DNA of 64,000 nt from the human T2T-CHM13v2.0 reference genome, Homo sapiens. The notes under the pieces were generated by a model. The model was given only the letters and a program-made list of their open reading frames with translations. It had not been told where the DNA came from and made no database searches. Each line of letters starts with the position of its first letter. The stretch's first letter is position 1. The position numbers were made by a program, and so were the translations under genes. This document shows positions 60,507 to 64,000 of this stretch, piece by piece. Where the stretch lies: assembly GCF_009914755.1 (NCBI RefSeq), contig NC_060925.1. One strand, given 5' to 3'.

Positions 60507-61622
60507 TTTTTTTCTCTAGGCAAGAACTTTAATGAATTGAACTGTTACTGACAACATAAAAAACCAGTATAATATATACAAAATTATCATTTTATGTCAG
60601 GATAAAATTTATCATGTTGGCAACAGAATATGTCCTGCCGACCTCCAAGTGGCTGGCACAGTACATCCACCCCGTGACAGGCCCACTGGGACTGTGGTGA
60701 ACGTGCCTGTACCTCAGTACAAAGTCCCCTTTCCCTGAGAAATGTACAGAAGGAGAGATGAAGAGCGCGTATCCAAAAGGAAGAGGAAGAGGCTGGGTGC
60801 CCTGTGCCCCGAGCTCAGAACTTCGGGGGGATGACCGGCCAGTAATTAGGCTGCTTTGGATCACAGTGCTTGTCAAAGCTCAGCTGCACGTTAGCCTCCA
60901 TGGCCTGGATCTTGGCGGCGCTGTCCCAGTACAAACGCTTCATTTCGGCCTGGCGCCGCTCACCAGGCCTCTCAGCTGGGGCCTCTACCGACCGGCGGGT
61001 GTTGCAGTACAGGTCGTGTTCAGCGTTCACGTAGCTGTTCAGGCGCTCCGCATCCAGCTGTTGCCGCCGCAGTAGTTCTTCTCTGTGCCTCTCTGTCTCT
61101 GCAAAGTACTGGCGGAGCTCTTCGGTGATTTCCATATTGCTCAGGTCACATGCTACCTCTGCATCTGACTCGGTCTCCATCTCTTCCTCCTTGGATAAGG
61201 CTTGGTCTTCTCTTGTGGATGCCTGGATCCTACTGCTGCCATGTGGATGTTGCCCAGACCCTCTGAAATGTGAAGAACTGCAGGGGGAGTCCTGCTAGGC
61301 CACATGATGGTCATAGAAGGACTGAGGATACGCAGCCTGGTTATCGTAAGAGCTTTGGGGAAGAAGCGCAGGAAGGAAGAACCATGGAAGACTGAAACAG
61401 GATTCCGCCGCCTTCCTGTAGGCATTGTGGTGGCTTTGCATCCAAGCCATTGCTTGATGATAATGTTGCCAGTATCTTGCATATACTGGATGAGAATACC
61501 AAGGCCTGGTAGCTTTTGATGTTGATGCCTTCACCACTGCCATCTCCGATTGTGAAAGTCCAAATGGGTGCCGAAACTTGTGGGCGCGCAGCTTGCAGAT
61601 CCTGGGCGGTGGCCAAGCAGGC
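60507..61622 (-). pseudogene. GEMIN8P4: GEMIN8 processed pseudogene; CDS-equivalent 61543-60815 with a single nonsense codon (W83*)
   Basis: Intronless [25 protein letters not shown]...YWPVIPPKF; ATTAAA at 60533-60528; poly(A) remnant 60504-60513; 18-bp TSD catgttttagaattcttt (60489-60506, 61623-61640). Confidence 0.95.
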
Positions 61623-61643
61623 CATGTTTTAGAATTCTTTCCA

Positions 61644-61800
61644 GACGGGTCGCATTGGCTCACGCCTGTGATCCTAACACTTTGGGAGGCGGAGACGGGG
61701 CTGGGGGTGGGGGGATCGCTTGAGTCCAGGAGTTGGAGACCTGCTTGGGCAACATGGCAAAACCCCCATCTCTATAAAAATAATTTAAAAATTTTTTAAA
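61644..61800 (+). mobile_element. Alu left monomer (FLAM-like) with expanded G-tracts
   Basis: Single arm and A-rich tail; imperfect TSD agaatt..tttcc. Confidence 0.8.
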
Positions 61801-62084
61801 AGAATTATTATTTCCATTTTATTTCAGTGCTTTGTCCTTTAAGAAAATTTATTGACATAGCGATAATCAGACTCCATACGCTATTTTGTATCTTGCTTTT
61901 CAAATTTGCCACAGGCTTCTAGAAACGTCCCAGACTTCTGTGTCTCCATGGAGGAAACCCCGTAAGTACTTACAAATGTTATGATTAGTCATCCCTAGCC
62001 AATACTAAGCAAAAGGTAGGCATGCGGTTTTATTAGTTTGGGCAGGAAGAAGGCATTCCAACCGGCTTCTTTCGCTCTTGCCAG

Positions 62085-62900
62085 GTTCAAACATGGCGGG
62101 CCGCAGCCGGCCCTTCCCGTACACTCGGCTTGCTTTCCCACAACCCCCGCCAATCTTTAGCGCTCCTTTTTTACCTTCCTTCCCCGTCAGCGGCTCCAGA
62201 GGGTCAGCACCTCCGAGCGTGACAGCGGACCTGCTTCCCGCCCCCCACGCGAGGGCCCGCCCACCAGCCCGCGTCAGCCAATAGCAGGCCGCGCCGATGG
62301 GGCTGGTAGCGCCGGTCGGCCCCGCCTCCCCAGCCTCGCTGTGGCCTGCGGCTCCCGGGCTGGTAGCGCGCCGCTCTCGGTCGCGCGGAGTGATCGTGTG
62401 GAATCGCGGGTCGCGGACGCTCGCCGCCGGCCATAGCTCAGCCTAGCGCCGCCAAGGCCGACGGCCCTCAGCCTCTGCCATGGACTTCGAGGACGGTAAG
62501 CGCTGCCTCTGGCTGGTCGGCGCAGCTGGCAGGAGGCGGGGTGGCCTACGCAGGGGGTCTGTTTACCGTCTCAAGATGGCCGTGTGGGCTTTGTTCTGCG
62601 GGCCCGGAGGCCGCCCGCCCGCCCCGGGCCCAGCGCCCGGAGTCGGCCTCTTTGGGGACCCACGCGCCCCGATTCGGCCCGCTCGGCGCCCGCTGCCGGC
62701 GGAGACAAGAGAACTCGGTGTCCGGTAGGACGCGCCTAGAGCGCGAGAGCCTCCGGGCTGGAGCCCCAGACTCGCCTTGGCCCCTGGTAGTGGAAATTGC
62801 CCCGACGTCTCCAACTTCCCGGTCTCGGGCAAACGGGCGAGTGCGGCCTCACCCACCTAGTCTCGCATTCGCCCCACAGGGCAGCGACCCAGACCGTCCG
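62085..62900. promoter_or_regulatory. ZNF326: CpG-island promoter of ZNF326, potentially bidirectional
   Basis: High GC and CpG density; GC boxes at 62237, 62256, 62320; CCAAT 62278-62282; YY1-like CAAACATGGCGG 62088-62099 and CAAGATGGCCG 62572-62582; no TATA. Confidence 0.9.
62480..62495 (+). CDS. ZNF326: ZNF326 (ZIRD, DBIRD complex) first coding exon MDFED+G; gene continues beyond the window
   Basis: Strong Kozak gccATGG; G|gtaagc donor at 62496; N-terminus matches recalled ZNF326 MDFEDD; synteny with LRRC8D and GEMIN8P4. Confidence 0.88.
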
Positions 62901-63803
62901 TTTAGTTAATCCTCAGCCTCGGGTTACTTCTTGCCAGATAGAATTTTCAGAGGCTTGTTCACAGTGATGTTTCTGTTTGTCCCGGTTTAAGATGAGTTGA
63001 AAGGGTGTCTGTAAGTGATATGTATAGATAAATATCTATGCAAAATGGAAAGCAAGATGTTTCCTGGTTAGTAAACTGGGGTGTTTATCACCAAAAATTA
63101 CCTGCTTATTAATCCCTAACTTGAAATATTTATGTGAACCAAAGCACTTTTCTTTGGATCGTGTGTAGGTAGGATTTAAGTTAATCAGAATTTTGGCACA
63201 GCAAGCATCAAATGTCCTTCACATTTAGACCTGTACACAGCCTTGTAAGTGTTTGACTTACGGATTAAATAAACTGTATTTTAGCAATACTTTTCAGTTG
63301 TCTCAGATACTAATTCTTTAAACCACTTTTACAGGGTCACAAAGTAATATTAATTTGGTCTTCACTTTTGTTTTCAAACCTTGCTTGGAATTGGTGTCAA
63401 GATAAAGTGGTATGTAGTGACAACATTAGGGAGACATGGGAAAGGACTTATGTGATTAAACTGGATTTAATCCTGAGTAACCAGGCATGCTTAAGTAAAA
63501 CCAGTTCACTAAGTAGGCTGTAAACTTTTAACCCCACCAAAAAAATGATCTTTAAATGAGGTGTGATCTCAGCATATGTCTTACTCGATGAGCTTTTGAT
63601 TTTTCATAACATTTCATGCAACAAAGAATTAAAGCTTTCATATCTAGGTACAGATTTGTGAAAGGGGACTGGAATAGCCCTCTTGTAGATACTTTTCAGT
63701 TACTTTGAAATAGTAAGTTCAGCTCTTAAGAGTAGCACACTCTCGTGGTTTTGTTTGTTTTGGTTGGACTTTAACTCATTTTGATGTAGATACCTTTAAA
63801 CTA

Positions 63804-64000
<197 letters not shown>

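Larger units (their letters stand above)
60025..61911 (+). repeat. Local duplication copy B, interrupted by GEMIN8P4 and a FLAM
   Basis: Matches 53580-54377 on both sides of the insertions. Confidence 0.9.

Noticed and set aside
62496-62909. Continuation of the MDFEDGKR ORF and other CpG-island ORFs
   Set aside because: Reads through the splice donor at 62496 into intron 1; long ORFs are expected in GC-rich DNA

Overview
Primate (human-like) genomic DNA, recognisable as the LRRC8D-ZNF326 interval (human chr1p22, from recall). The left end holds the large terminal exon of LRRC8D, which carries the whole 858-aa CDS (true ATG 287; the ORF-track start at 266 is intronic) and the 3' UTR with poly(A) signals. 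About 56 kb of repeat-dense intergenic DNA follows: ~45 Alu/FLAM copies, MIR/L2/L1M relics, MaLR and ERV1 solo LTRs (LTR8A, MER39, MER21, LTR29-like, a full LTR12C), a 5'-inverted young L1PA and DNA-transposon relics. The right end holds a GEMIN8 processed pseudogene (GEMIN8P4, minus strand) head-to-head with the CpG-island promoter and first coding exon of ZNF326. Almost all other ORFs in the track are repeat-derived or chance. I see no wholly new biological system. The most notable observations are: (i) the GEMIN8 retrocopy keeps a full 242-codon frame broken by one TAG and sits beside a CpG promoter; (ii) an old ~0.6-kb local duplication (53.6 kb vs 60.0-61.9 kb) whose two copies record each other's empty insertion sites; (iii) an exact 29-bp templated insertion; (iv) several nested, inverted or chimeric retroelement structures; (v) a near-perfect 22-bp hairpin. 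Repeat boundaries and subfamilies were read by eye and are approximate unless a TSD is quoted.
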